NCBI GenBank assembly: GCA_965216465.1 | Contig: CBDCFW010000006.1 | Span: 326,440 to 390,439, forward strand | Direction: 5' to 3' | DNA from: Bacteroidia bacterium | GTDB taxonomy: Bacteria > Bacteroidota > Bacteroidia > NS11-12g > UBA9320 | DNA: 64,000 nt | Shown here: positions 38,007 to 48,331 of the stretch, piece after piece | Layout: each line of letters starts with the position of its first letter | Position numbering within the stretch: the stretch's first letter is position 1 | Made by a program: the position numbers and the translations under genes | The notes under the pieces: model-generated | What the model saw: only the letters and a program-made list of their open reading frames with translations | Told to the model about the DNA's origin: nothing | Databases searched by the model: none

Positions 38007-39488
38007 CTATTTGATGTTCACCACATCAACAAAGTACATGTCAACCTCTCCTTTTCCTTTTGCCTGTATCTTGCCGCGATGCTCAAATTTCAAGTCTTCA
38101 TCATCTTTTAATAATTCATAGGTGTAGTGAGAAATATTAATCCTTCCAACTTCTCCATGGGACTCCATTCTTGAAGCCGTGTTTACAGCATCTCCCCATA
38201 TGTCGTACTGAAATTTCTTAACCCCAACAATTCCAGCAACAACTGGACCCGTATTAATGCCAATTCTCATCTGAAATGGAGTTTTGCCTAGCCTTTTTCG
38301 TTTATCATGATCGTTCATTATAAACTGCTTCATTTCAAAGGCCGCAAGTATGGTATTTTTCACAGAATTGGCATCCGGAACAGGAATTCCCCCAGCAGCC
38401 ATATAAGAATCTCCTATGGTCTTAATTTTCTCAATATTGTATTTGTCACAAATAGCATCAAATGCCTTGAAGCAATAATTAATATCAGCTACCAATTCTT
38501 CTGGACTTAGCTCCTGAGACATCCGTGTAAATTCCTTAAAATCAGTAAACAAAATTGATACAGAGTCAAATTTTCTTGCGACTGCCTCCCCATTTTCCTT
38601 TAACTCATCTGCAATTTCTGAAGGCAAAATATTAAGCAACAACTTGTCCGATTTGTGCTTCTCTTGCTCGAGTGTTGATTTACTCTCATCCAAAAGTTCA
38701 TAGATTTTTACATTGTCTAAAGCAACGGCCAAATACGAAACCAAGGTTCTTAGAAAGTCTAAATGATAACTGTTATAAACTTCTGCAATCTTACTTTCAA
38801 CAGAAAGAGCACCCAATTTACTATCGTGAAGTGAAAAAGGGATACACATGATTGCTGCAGGATTGTAGGACCCGTCTAAGGAAGCAATGGGGTCAAATAC
38901 ATATTGACTGTAGTCCTCAACTGCGTTGTTTAAAAAAGCTTCTTTTCCGTTATCAAGACACCATTCTAGAATAGAGCTATTCTCTTTAGAATGAGGAGGT
39001 CTATCAAGCTTTCCGTCTTTATTGACCCTTATGGTATGTGCAGTAGAATCGGTATAATACAGCAAGTTAAGATTCTCAACTTCCATACTTGAAGAAACAT
39101 ACGTAAAGAGGATTTGAAGGATGTGCTCTACATCTAAACTTCCCGTAATCTCTTTACCTATTTCGGTAAGCAAGGTAATTTGTGAAAGTGAACTTTCAAC
39201 GCCTTTAAGTTTCTGATCTAAATTTTTCTTCTCTTTTGTTTCAGAATGTAAACTTAGATTATCCTTCTTGGTTTTAGTATACCGACTTGCTAGCTTATTA
39301 AAATCAGAGGCTATTTGACCCAATTCACCGTTACTTTCAAACGTCACTTTTACAAGTTCCTCTTCTTTCACCGCAAAACTAGTTTTGCTGTTAAGCTCCT
39401 TGATTTTTCGTCTGAGCATCAAGTATCTACTAGTTATAATAACAGCAAACAACAACGCAACTGAAGCAACGATTAGGGGTAAACTCAT
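38007..39488 (-). CDS. Membrane-anchored class III adenylate/guanylate cyclase with a GAF-like middle domain.
   Basis: It has an N-terminal TM helix. The C-terminal CHD region reads VSILFTDFKEFTRMSQ...IGDSYMAAGGIP...MRIGINTGPVVAGIVG..FQYDIWGDAVNTASRMES. Confidence 0.75.
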   Translation of the reverse strand: MSLPLIVASVALLFAVIITSRYLMLRRKIKELNSKTSFAVKEEELVKVTFESNGELGQIASDFNKLASRYTKTKKDNLSLHSETKEKKNLDQKLKGVESSLSQITLLTEIGKEITGSLDVEHILQILFTYVSSSMEVENLNLLYYTDSTAHTIRVNKDGKLDRPPHSKENSSILEWCLDNGKEAFLNNAVEDYSQYVFDPIASLDGSYNPAAIMCIPFSLHDSKLGALSVESKIAEVYNSYHLDFLRTLVSYLAVALDNVKIYELLDESKSTLEQEKHKSDKLLLNILPSEIADELKENGEAVARKFDSVSILFTDFKEFTRMSQELSPEELVADINYCFKAFDAICDKYNIEKIKTIGDSYMAAGGIPVPDANSVKNTILAAFEMKQFIMNDHDKRKRLGKTPFQMRIGINTGPVVAGIVGVKKFQYDIWGDAVNTASRMESHGEVGRINISHYTYELLKDDEDLKFEHRGKIQAKGKGEVDMYFVDVVNIK

Positions 39489-39551
39489 TCGTTAGTATTT
39501 CTAATAAAAACACTAAATTAGCAAAATCTAACCAACTAATGTGAAGTCAAT

Positions 39552-42506
39552 TTGAAAATGATTAACCCCTTTCCTGGTCTTCGGCCTTTCGATTCTTCAG
39601 AATCTGAATTGTTTTTTGGGCGAGAAAGGCACATTGGTGAAATCCTAAGAAAACTAGATACCTACCGCTTTGTCTCCATTGTGGGCAACTCAGGAAGCGG
39701 GAAGTCATCGCTGGTTCGAGCAGGCTTACTTCCTTATATAAAAAAGAATCGGAACGATTGGACAATATGCAGCATGAGGCCGGGATCTGATCCCATTGCT
39801 GAATTATACGCAACTTTAACCGAATCTAAAGTTATAGATGATGAAAAAGGACTATCAATCCTGGGAAAGCATGCTCTTGGTTTGGTTCAACTTTTAAGGC
39901 ATTCACTTCAATCTAAAAGTATTCTGATTCTCGTAGACCAGTTTGAGGAACTATTTCGATTTAACGCAAGTAATGACGACGAAGAACAAGAAAATGTAGC
40001 CAGCAAGTTTGTTGATCTTCTTCTAGCTTCAGCAGGCCAAACTGATGTAAACATCTATATTGTATTAACGATTCGATCTGATTTTCTTGGAGACTGCGAA
40101 CAATTTCAAGGCCTCCCAGAAGCGATTAATGATGGTCAGTTCTTAGTGCCAAGAATGAATCGCGAAGAAATGAGAAGTAGTTTGATCAATCCCGTGAAAA
40201 TTGCTAAAGGAAAGATCTCGCCGCAATTAGTTCAGAATCTCCTAAATCAAGTCGGAAACAGACCGGACCAACTTCCAGTGCTACAGCATGTTTTAATGCG
40301 TAGTTACAATGTGTGGTTAAACTCAAATGAGCTTGAACAACCATTAGGCATGGAGCACTATGAGGCTACTGGAGGAATGAATGAAGCTCTATCAAGACAT
40401 GTAGATGAAGCGTTTTCGGAGCTAAACAAGAAACAAAAGAAACTGGCCGAAATCATTTTTAAAACGGTTACCGTTAAGGGGTCAGATAATCGGGGTATTA
40501 GAAGACCAACAAGCGTTGCTAATTTGGCAAAGATTGCCTCGTGTTCTGAAACCGATATTATTTCCACAACTGAATTTTTCAGAAAAAGTGACCGTGGATT
40601 TTTAATGCCATCTCAAGACGTTGAACTAGCAAGCTCCAGTATCATTGACATCTCCCACGAAAGTTTGATGAGAAAGTGGATTACGCTAAAAAACTGGGTG
40701 GATGAAGAGGCTCAATCAGCAGAGTTATTTAAGCGAATAAGTGAGAGTGCCCTATTGTATGAAGAGGATAAAGCAGGTTTATGGAGAGACCCTGATTTGC
40801 AAATTGCAAAAGATTGGATGGTTTCAAATCAGCCGAATGAGTACTGGGCAGCACAGTATAATCCACATTTTAAGTCTGCCGTACGGTTTTTAGAAGCCAG
40901 TGACCAACAGAAAAAGTTTTTGCTTGCAGATAAACAACGTAAACGAAAAATTAGAAACATCACCGTAGTTCTCGTATTAATTGCTTTATCTGCCATTAGT
41001 CTGTGGGCTTTTAACGAACGAAACAATGCAGAAAGTAATGCTGCAGAGGCCTTAGAACAAAAGAAACAGGCAGACGAGCAAAGACAGAAAGCTGAGACCA
41101 ACTTCTCTTTAGCTAAAGAACAAGAAGAAATTGCAAATCGAGAGAAGCAGGAGGCTGAAAATCAACGTCAGCAGGCAAACCGAAGCGCTGCTGAAGCTCA
41201 AGCTTTATCAATAGTTGCTCAAAATGAAGCAGCAAAATCAAAACTAGCAGAGAAACAAGCAGAACTTGAGCGAGAAGTAGCCCTACATCAAACTCATATT
41301 TCGGATAGTCTTCGCATACAAGCAGAACTTGCCACAGAACAAGCTCAACAATTAAGACTTCTTGGAGTGTCAAAAAACTTGGCAATTCGTTCTAAAATTA
41401 TGGATGATCGTCAATCCGCCGAACTGAAAACTCTACTGTCGTTACATGCCTTCAAATTAAATCATGAGAACAAAGGAAATGCTTTCGATAAAGACATCTT
41501 TGAGGCTATTCATCAGGCTTATAACGCTACAGAACTTAAGGGCAATCCACCTTTAAGAATTCATGCAGATGAAGTACCATCAATTGCGATAAGTAGCTCA
41601 GGTATGTGGGCTAGTGCAGGGAATGATGGTAAAGTGTACCTAACCAAGAATAATGGAACACCGCAGCTGATTTTAGAAAATGAGCATGTGCTCGACAATG
41701 CCACCTTTTCACCAAACTCAACCCATCTTGTAGTTTCGGATGAACAGCATAGTCTTCATATTTTAAGTCTTGATGCAAGTGATAATGTACAGGATTATGA
41801 AACAGGACAAACCAATAAAATCACCCGATTACTGTGGATCGACCAGTACATTTACAGCTTTTCGATAGACAAGTCTATCGTGGTTTTCGATGCTCAAACA
41901 AATAGCATGAGTAGAAAAATTCAACTTTCTGTAGAACCTCATTCTGCGATTGCCTTATCAGCTGAAACTATTATCATTGGTTCTGCCAATGGAGGCATAT
42001 ATCAGCTTGATCTAAACACTGATCAACTCAGTAAGATTACCAATGTAGCAGGCGGTGCAATTGTTACAGCTGTTGATGTATCTAGCGATAATAATATTGC
42101 ATACGGTACTAGTAAAGGACAATGTGGGATTGTTTCTCCATCAGGCAATCTCTTACGAACATTTAATGGTCATGGGGCTAGAATATCAGCAATACGTTAC
42201 CACCCAACCGATAAACTCATAGCTACAGCTTGTTACGACGGAAAAGTTAGGCTATTTAACACGATAGAAGTCAGCCAGCCAGCCATAGAATTTGATGATC
42301 ACAGCTCATGGGTTTTAGATCTTAATTTTACAGCAGATGGACGATTCCTCATTAGCACAGGTAAAGATAAGAATGTAGTAAAGAACCCAATATCCTTGGC
42401 TCACATGGAACAAAATTTGCGTCAAGCAATTACACGAGATCTTACGATGGATGAATGGAAATTTTTTGCTGGCGAAGGATTGCCTTTTGTTCCTTTGAAA
42501 AAATAA
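39552..42506 (+). CDS. STAND-type P-loop NTPase with an internal TM helix, a coiled coil and a C-terminal WD40-like beta-propeller.
   Basis: The N-terminus PFPGLRPFDSSESELFFGRERH...FVSIVGNSGSGKSSLVRAGLLP is the nSTAND signature. A hydrophobic helix ITVVLVLIALSAISLWAF sits at about 40950-41010. A Q/E/A-rich coiled coil spans about 41020-41350. WD40-like repeats (GHGARISAIRYHPTDKLIATACYDGKVRLFN) run to the end. Confidence 0.7.
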   Translation: MKMINPFPGLRPFDSSESELFFGRERHIGEILRKLDTYRFVSIVGNSGSGKSSLVRAGLLPYIKKNRNDWTICSMRPGSDPIAELYATLTESKVIDDEKGLSILGKHALGLVQLLRHSLQSKSILILVDQFEELFRFNASNDDEEQENVASKFVDLLLASAGQTDVNIYIVLTIRSDFLGDCEQFQGLPEAINDGQFLVPRMNREEMRSSLINPVKIAKGKISPQLVQNLLNQVGNRPDQLPVLQHVLMRSYNVWLNSNELEQPLGMEHYEATGGMNEALSRHVDEAFSELNKKQKKLAEIIFKTVTVKGSDNRGIRRPTSVANLAKIASCSETDIISTTEFFRKSDRGFLMPSQDVELASSSIIDISHESLMRKWITLKNWVDEEAQSAELFKRISESALLYEEDKAGLWRDPDLQIAKDWMVSNQPNEYWAAQYNPHFKSAVRFLEASDQQKKFLLADKQRKRKIRNITVVLVLIALSAISLWAFNERNNAESNAAEALEQKKQADEQRQKAETNFSLAKEQEEIANREKQEAENQRQQANRSAAEAQALSIVAQNEAAKSKLAEKQAELEREVALHQTHISDSLRIQAELATEQAQQLRLLGVSKNLAIRSKIMDDRQSAELKTLLSLHAFKLNHENKGNAFDKDIFEAIHQAYNATELKGNPPLRIHADEVPSIAISSSGMWASAGNDGKVYLTKNNGTPQLILENEHVLDNATFSPNSTHLVVSDEQHSLHILSLDASDNVQDYETGQTNKITRLLWIDQYIYSFSIDKSIVVFDAQTNSMSRKIQLSVEPHSAIALSAETIIIGSANGGIYQLDLNTDQLSKITNVAGGAIVTAVDVSSDNNIAYGTSKGQCGIVSPSGNLLRTFNGHGARISAIRYHPTDKLIATACYDGKVRLFNTIEVSQPAIEFDDHSSWVLDLNFTADGRFLISTGKDKNVVKNPISLAHMEQNLRQAITRDLTMDEWKFFAGEGLPFVPLKK

Positions 42507-42587
42507 GCACATAGTAGTCTTATTTTAACCCAGAATATCAGCTCTACAGGCCTGATTAATGCTGAGTATGGGAAATAAATCGCTATA

Positions 42588-43805
42588 TTGGCACTGCATA
42601 TTGTGACGCGTTCTCCTCTATATCTTTTTTTATTCTCTATCCTTCTTTCCTGCACAAAGGTGAGTGTACCCACTCAAGAGCAGAATGCGATTCGTTTCTA
42701 TGCTAAGCCAGAAATAAGTAAAATAACGAAGGTGATTACCAGCAGAGATGGCGATTATCTAATGGTTGGCAAATCTATTAAAGGGCCCATTCTTTTGGTA
42801 CTTGACCATGAGTTAAAGGAAAAATCGTACACCGTGTATGAAGATTATTGGCCAGGTCAGTTTAATGATGTTATTCAACGTAAAGATGGAACAATTGTAA
42901 TGGTCGGTCATACTATGTCAGAAGAATATGGAGCAGGAGAAGATGACCCTAATTTTCTTGCGGTATCAACAGATATTAACGGTAAGTTGATCTGGCAACA
43001 CCACAAAGATTGGTATAATTTCAATACATGGAATCGGGTTAAGGAAGATGAGGATGGTACGCTCTACTTAGCGGGAGAAGCGCTTGTCACCACATTGGCA
43101 GGCTATAGTGGGATTTTAAAAACAAATGCCGATAGTGTAGACTCCTTTATTGGGGCGATGTGGCTCACAAACATGTATAATCCGTTCAATGAAGCATTAA
43201 TAAGGGCGAATGACGTGGTGTTTTTTGGCTACGAATATGCCAACAACAACACAGGACCTATTAATGGGTTGGCACTCGTTCGATCAAAAACCACATTAGA
43301 CAATTATAGTAAAGTGTTGTATGACCAAGTTCCAAGTAATGCTTTTTTTAAAGTTCGAACAAATCAAAAGGGTGATGTACTTCCGGTTGCGGGTGGGTAT
43401 TTAATGGCTCATAATTTCTATAATGGATATATCACACCGTACTTGCGCTTAGTTAAACTTGATCAAAGCTTGAATGTAGATTGGGCTAAAGATATTGACA
43501 TAAACGATGCCTTCATCCTTTCTTCAATCCAGGAATTCGATGGGAATATTCTAATCTCAGGAGCGACAAATAGAGCGAATACCGAAACATTGATAAATTC
43601 TAAAGCGTATGTTGGATTGTATACTCAAGATGGAAATTTAATATGGGAGCATGAGTATGGGAGCAATGAACTCAACAACAAAGCAGACTATGTAACGTTC
43701 GAAAACGATAAACTTAGCGTATTAGCTGTAAATAAAAATAGCGAAAGTGACTTTCAATTTTTCACTTACACTTTAAACCTGAACGGAGAACTTCAAGTAC
43801 CATGA
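42588..43805 (+). CDS. Paralogous lipoprotein, type I (pair 1).
   Basis: The lipobox is LLSCTK. The motif ILLVLDHELKEKSYTVYEDYWPGQFNDVIQRKDGTIVMVGHT is shared with 48328..49548 and 50173..51393. Confidence 0.6.
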   Translation: MALHIVTRSPLYLFLFSILLSCTKVSVPTQEQNAIRFYAKPEISKITKVITSRDGDYLMVGKSIKGPILLVLDHELKEKSYTVYEDYWPGQFNDVIQRKDGTIVMVGHTMSEEYGAGEDDPNFLAVSTDINGKLIWQHHKDWYNFNTWNRVKEDEDGTLYLAGEALVTTLAGYSGILKTNADSVDSFIGAMWLTNMYNPFNEALIRANDVVFFGYEYANNNTGPINGLALVRSKTTLDNYSKVLYDQVPSNAFFKVRTNQKGDVLPVAGGYLMAHNFYNGYITPYLRLVKLDQSLNVDWAKDIDINDAFILSSIQEFDGNILISGATNRANTETLINSKAYVGLYTQDGNLIWEHEYGSNELNNKADYVTFENDKLSVLAVNKNSESDFQFFTYTLNLNGELQVP

Positions 43806-45067
43806 ACCATTCGATAAAATATATAGTTGTGATCCTGCTCATGGTGTTGGTTTCTGCCTGCGAGAAGCAGATACAATTGAATCGCGAAACAGATTCGTAT
43901 ATCCATGTTTTCAACGAGCTTAATGGTTCTATTACGGGTATTCATTTACTTGATGATCAAACCATTCTTTACACGGTCATGGAAACAGCCTCAAATGGAG
44001 CCGACTACAACAATATTTTTTTGGGAAGATATGATGAAAAAAGTGATAATTCTTGGCACCAATTCATTGGCAAAAACGAGGGTTTTAATGGTAGAATAAC
44101 AAGTCTTCGTGATTCTACGTACCTGGTATCTTCTAACTTAGGACCAAAAATCACGCGGTTTAAAGCCGATGGATCAATACTATACTCACGTAATTTTAGC
44201 GAATTCATAAGTAATGGAACGTGGGTCTCAAAACCTGTTCTAGACGAAAACAATGACGTCTATATTTCCGCTCGTAATGGTGCAAAGGCTGGTGTTATTT
44301 ACAAACTGAACCATCAAGGGGAAGGTCAATTGATAGCTTCGGTAGGTTCAACCGTTCCTTTACCCAGTTCAAATATTGTGTTGCGAAGTCTTGTAGACTT
44401 TGAAGTCATTCACGTTCAAAATGGAATCGCCGCAGTGCGATGTACGTGCAGACCGTATCTAAGTGGTGTTGATTTTTATACCAATCAAGTGTATTTATCT
44501 ATTAACTTGACAACTGCAGAAATTCTGAATTGGAATTGGATGACTAATCGGCCACACAAACCACCCATTCAATACTTTGAAGACGAAAAAACAATGGGTT
44601 TTTCGGTGCGGTCTATTTCGTTAAATAATCACATTTATGGTGTGGTCGGAGGTCCAACATTTCAATTAGATCCTAAGTACGGTTCAGGTTATCGAAGTTT
44701 TAGGCTTCAAAAGCTTAGCTTGGATATGGATAGCATTTGGATTAAAGAGTTTGAGTTTGAAACGGACCAACTCTTTTTATACGACGTCATGGCTATGTCT
44801 AATAATTCTATTCTAGTAACGGGTTCTAATATCTTGAACGGAATAGAAAAGGGCTTCTTCATGATATTAAATGAAGATGGCGAAATTGTCTTTGAACAGT
44901 ATGCTGTACCAAAATCAACTGGGTTTATAAGTGCAGCAGAGAGTTCAAATGGTTCGCTACATTTCGGCGGCAGCGTGCTTGCGTGGGGCCAGGGTACCAG
45001 CCAGTATCAGTTTAAGCCCATGCTTATTAAAACAAACAGGCAAAGGGAATTTGCCTCAGAACAGTAG
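43802..45067 (+). CDS. Paralogous lipoprotein, type II (pair 1).
   Basis: The lipobox is LVSACEK. Its start overlaps the type-I stop as ATGA. It resembles 47111..48331 and 51398..52684. Confidence 0.6.
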   Translation: MNHSIKYIVVILLMVLVSACEKQIQLNRETDSYIHVFNELNGSITGIHLLDDQTILYTVMETASNGADYNNIFLGRYDEKSDNSWHQFIGKNEGFNGRITSLRDSTYLVSSNLGPKITRFKADGSILYSRNFSEFISNGTWVSKPVLDENNDVYISARNGAKAGVIYKLNHQGEGQLIASVGSTVPLPSSNIVLRSLVDFEVIHVQNGIAAVRCTCRPYLSGVDFYTNQVYLSINLTTAEILNWNWMTNRPHKPPIQYFEDEKTMGFSVRSISLNNHIYGVVGGPTFQLDPKYGSGYRSFRLQKLSLDMDSIWIKEFEFETDQLFLYDVMAMSNNSILVTGSNILNGIEKGFFMILNEDGEIVFEQYAVPKSTGFISAAESSNGSLHFGGSVLAWGQGTSQYQFKPMLIKTNRQREFASEQ

Positions 45068-46081
45068 TTATTTACTAATTCTATAAGATATGGGGAAGTT
45101 AAAATTTATCTGAAAACTTAAATTCCTCAGCATTAATTCGTCTCCAATGTACAGTGACGTTAATTCAAAGTCCAAATCATCTAAATGAGTTTCAGGATTG
45201 GCCATAGTATTGGTAAAATGATCGTACTGCACACGAAAACCAAGCTGACCAAAAATCAGATCTTTTGAAACACCAGCATGAGCACCGACAAAGAGCTGAT
45301 TTTTGTTTCTACTCGGCATTCCATCAGAGCTATACTGAATTTTATCGTTGCTTTGCAAAGATTCATGCGTAACCAATCGATGGTCTGAAAGCAGGTAGCC
45401 ATAGCCTAAGTGCGGACCGCAACTCCAATTTAATTTATTATCTAAGCTTCCTCTATAATCAAGTGCTACACTTCCTGCGATTAAGCTGTAGCGCTCTTTG
45501 TACAAGATGTCGATATTGTCTATGCCTCTTAAGTCATGCTGTATGCTTCCTCCTTGATTAGACACTCGTATATCAAGATCAAATTTGTCATTTATTCTTT
45601 GGGTATAGTTGAATCCAAACATGTATCCCCCTGTGGTTCGATACTTATGCTCACCTTGGTTGTAAGGATTCAAGCTGCGCTTCACTTGGACACTATTCGC
45701 TCCCAAACCTGCAAAAAAGCCAAGTTTAGAAGAGGGAACAACGGTGTAAGAAAGAATCAATTGGCTTAAGGCCCGAGGATCTTGTCCTTGAGTGTAGTTT
45801 GCATAGTTAGGACGCTCTTTAAAAAGTGCTTCAATAGCTTCTTCGGCTTTGTCTTGATTGTTTAATGCAATATAGGTTAGAGCCAGAAGACGCTGGGCTT
45901 CAAAACGTTCGTCCGAATTTTCAAAACTTGACATACAATTTTCTATACGTTTGACGGCCTCATTTAGCTCTCCATTCTTGTATAGTTCATTGGCATCAAC
46001 CAAGGCATTGTTACAGTCTAGGGCAACCGCTGAAAATACCAAGCAAAGTGCTAATAGAGTATGGGAAATTCTTTTTTTCAT
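45068..46081 (-). CDS. Outer-membrane protein with an N-terminal TPR-like domain and a C-terminal beta-barrel (paralog A).
   Basis: It has a signal peptide, TPR-like helices (EAQRLLALTYIALNNQDKAEEAIEALFKE), then alternating beta-strands to the C-terminus. Confidence 0.5.
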   Translation of the reverse strand: MKKRISHTLLALCLVFSAVALDCNNALVDANELYKNGELNEAVKRIENCMSSFENSDERFEAQRLLALTYIALNNQDKAEEAIEALFKERPNYANYTQGQDPRALSQLILSYTVVPSSKLGFFAGLGANSVQVKRSLNPYNQGEHKYRTTGGYMFGFNYTQRINDKFDLDIRVSNQGGSIQHDLRGIDNIDILYKERYSLIAGSVALDYRGSLDNKLNWSCGPHLGYGYLLSDHRLVTHESLQSNDKIQYSSDGMPSRNKNQLFVGAHAGVSKDLIFGQLGFRVQYDHFTNTMANPETHLDDLDFELTSLYIGDELMLRNLSFQINFNFPISYRISK

Positions 46082-47106
46082 TGCGTAATTACTTGATAGT
46101 TAAAAATAATAGAGTATCCGACGTTAAAAGACAAAACGTGAATCAAGAAATCGTCATCTAAATGATAATACCCCTGCGAAACGGCGGGATAATCATATCG
46201 TGCATCACCATTGTTGATTTGACGTAATGAATGCTTGTAGTTTACCTCAAGACTTACTAACCCTGGACCAACCTGTTTAACAGCTCCCAATCCAACATTC
46301 CCACCATAAACCAATCGGTTTCGTTGTGATATCATACTTACCTGTTCTAGCGAAAAGGACTCATTCAATGTATTGTCGTCATAGTAAAAACTAGAATTGC
46401 TTCCTAAGAGTAATTCTCCATAAGCTCCGGCATATACATATGGCTTAAACCAATTTGACACCTCTGGAGAAAAGCGAACACCTAGCGGAAGCACCCCGTA
46501 GGTCAATCTTTCATCCATAGATAGACTTAGATTGGAAGAAGAATAGTCAATACCGTAGTTCTGAATTGATGCCTGCAAGGCACCATAGATGCCCCATTTC
46601 GTGTTAATCTGATAAACCGAAGAGAAGCCCAATGAATACCCTTGTTTTCCGGAATAGGTCTTTTGGTCATTTTCTATAACCGAATAAACCTTCTGTACTT
46701 CGGGAAGAGTGAGATTTGTACCGGCGGAAATGGATAGTCCAACGCTTAGCTTCGGGATAACCGTTATTCCTTCAATTAATCGGATAAAATCTTTAGGATC
46801 GTTTAGCAAACTGGGTTCAAACAGGGGGTCGATGTTGAGTAATGCAATCGCTTCGCTACGAGCCTGAGGTAGTTGATTTAAGCCCAAATAAGCCATGGCC
46901 CTAAGTCTGTGTACATTTACATTGTCATCGCACGTTTTTAGGGTGTCGAGCATTTCTTGCAGTTCGCCGTAATCGTACATAACACGAGCACCTTCAATGC
47001 GATCTGCGCAATTCTGAGCAGAAATACCGGCGGATACGCAAAGCAACAAGACCACGCCAAATATCTTTGTTAAAAATTGCTGTTTAGTCGGGTTAGTCAT
47101 ATTCAT
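46078..47106 (-). CDS. Outer-membrane protein with an N-terminal TPR-like domain and a C-terminal beta-barrel (paralog B).
   Basis: It has the same layout as 45068..46081. The likely start is MNMTNPTKQQFLTKIFGVVLLLCVSAGISAQ at 47106. The 4-bp overlap with the downstream gene suggests coupling. Confidence 0.5.
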   Translation of the reverse strand: MNMTNPTKQQFLTKIFGVVLLLCVSAGISAQNCADRIEGARVMYDYGELQEMLDTLKTCDDNVNVHRLRAMAYLGLNQLPQARSEAIALLNIDPLFEPSLLNDPKDFIRLIEGITVIPKLSVGLSISAGTNLTLPEVQKVYSVIENDQKTYSGKQGYSLGFSSVYQINTKWGIYGALQASIQNYGIDYSSSNLSLSMDERLTYGVLPLGVRFSPEVSNWFKPYVYAGAYGELLLGSNSSFYYDDNTLNESFSLEQVSMISQRNRLVYGGNVGLGAVKQVGPGLVSLEVNYKHSLRQINNGDARYDYPAVSQGYYHLDDDFLIHVLSFNVGYSIIFNYQVITQ

Positions 47107-47110
47107 ATTT

Positions 47111-48331
47111 TTACTTCCAGTTTTCAAGTTTTCCTTCTTTAGTGAGTTTAACAACCACCGCTTTAGGTCGATATTTATTTAAGCCTAAGCCCATATCTCC
47201 AGTCGTTCCAGCTATAAGATAACTTCCGTCATCAAGTTTAATAATATCGTTAAATTCTACTCTATCCGGGAAATCATTGGATGTAATGACAATGTTTCCT
47301 GCTTCATCAAGTTCCGTTATGAAAGGAGTGCTAGACTGAGCGTTGTCACCACATATAACGGCACCTCCCTGAGGCAAGCCATTTATATTAGCTGGGGAAC
47401 CATCTAATTTTTTAGACCACAGCTTATTCATCACAAAGTCCGTTTGATGAACCGTATAATTTCTCATATAAGAACGATAAAGATTGTGGTCTATCGATAA
47501 ACGATCTATATCAAGTCCAAGACTGTAAACCATACCATTCGTGATAACCGGATTTTTTGGATGAGCAGTAGGATACTCATGTTTTACAGAAACAGTATCA
47601 GTTAGCACCTTTGTTCGAAGAATTTCACCTGTATTCAAGTTAACCGCATATAACATCCGGTACACTGTCGGGTAAAATTCAAAAGAGGTAGCATCCAAAT
47701 ACGCCGTGTCTTCTTCAATTCGATATAAAGACTCTATTTCTCGCTCTGAACTTCCATCAGAAAAAGTCGTAACAATTTCTACATTTCCATCTAGGGTAAA
47801 TGCTATAATATAGTTTTGTTTCAAGTTTTTATGGCTAGAACATAAATAGAATTTGCCATCAGGACCAATTATCGGTTCCGAAAACTGACTAAATTCTGGA
47901 GCATTAAAATCTAAGTTTTGTATGGTATTAAGAATTTCGCCTTCTGGGCTAAAATGAATTATTCGCCCTGTGCTCTGCCTTTGGCTTACTAAAATGCTTC
48001 CATCTGGCAACAACATGCAATTCATTTGAGTATAAAACAATCTTGATTCCGACTTAAGCTTTTTTTCCCAGAGAACGTTTCCATATACATCGGTCATCAT
48101 CGCAAAAATGGTATCGTTGTCGTTTGAAGCATTATCCGTATTTCTTCCTAAAAAGAAGTATTGATCGTCTGATACTTTTAAAACTGAGGTGAAGAATCCA
48201 TTAAACTGGTTATAGGTTTTTATGTATGACGAATGAGCATCTTTTAACCCAACTTCTTTTTGACAAGAAATCTGCAGCATCACAAATACCACCAAACTAA
48301 AAATGAGCTTTATGTTTTTCGTAATCATCAT
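47111..48331 (-). CDS. Paralogous lipoprotein, type II (pair 2).
   Basis: The lipobox is QISCQK with recurrent DGS(I/L) beta-blade-like motifs. It overlaps the upstream type-I gene by 4 nt. Confidence 0.6.
   Translation of the reverse strand: MMITKNIKLIFSLVVFVMLQISCQKEVGLKDAHSSYIKTYNQFNGFFTSVLKVSDDQYFFLGRNTDNASNDNDTIFAMMTDVYGNVLWEKKLKSESRLFYTQMNCMLLPDGSILVSQRQSTGRIIHFSPEGEILNTIQNLDFNAPEFSQFSEPIIGPDGKFYLCSSHKNLKQNYIIAFTLDGNVEIVTTFSDGSSEREIESLYRIEEDTAYLDATSFEFYPTVYRMLYAVNLNTGEILRTKVLTDTVSVKHEYPTAHPKNPVITNGMVYSLGLDIDRLSIDHNLYRSYMRNYTVHQTDFVMNKLWSKKLDGSPANINGLPQGGAVICGDNAQSSTPFITELDEAGNIVITSNDFPDRVEFNDIIKLDDGSYLIAGTTGDMGLGLNKYRPKAVVVKLTKEGKLENWK

Noticed and set aside
39552-42506. Calling the STAND protein an Avs-type antiviral STAND.
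   Set aside because: There is no N-terminal nuclease, protease, TIR or other effector domain. The NTPase starts at residue 5 or so. The TM plus coiled-coil plus WD40 layout is more like a signalling protein.
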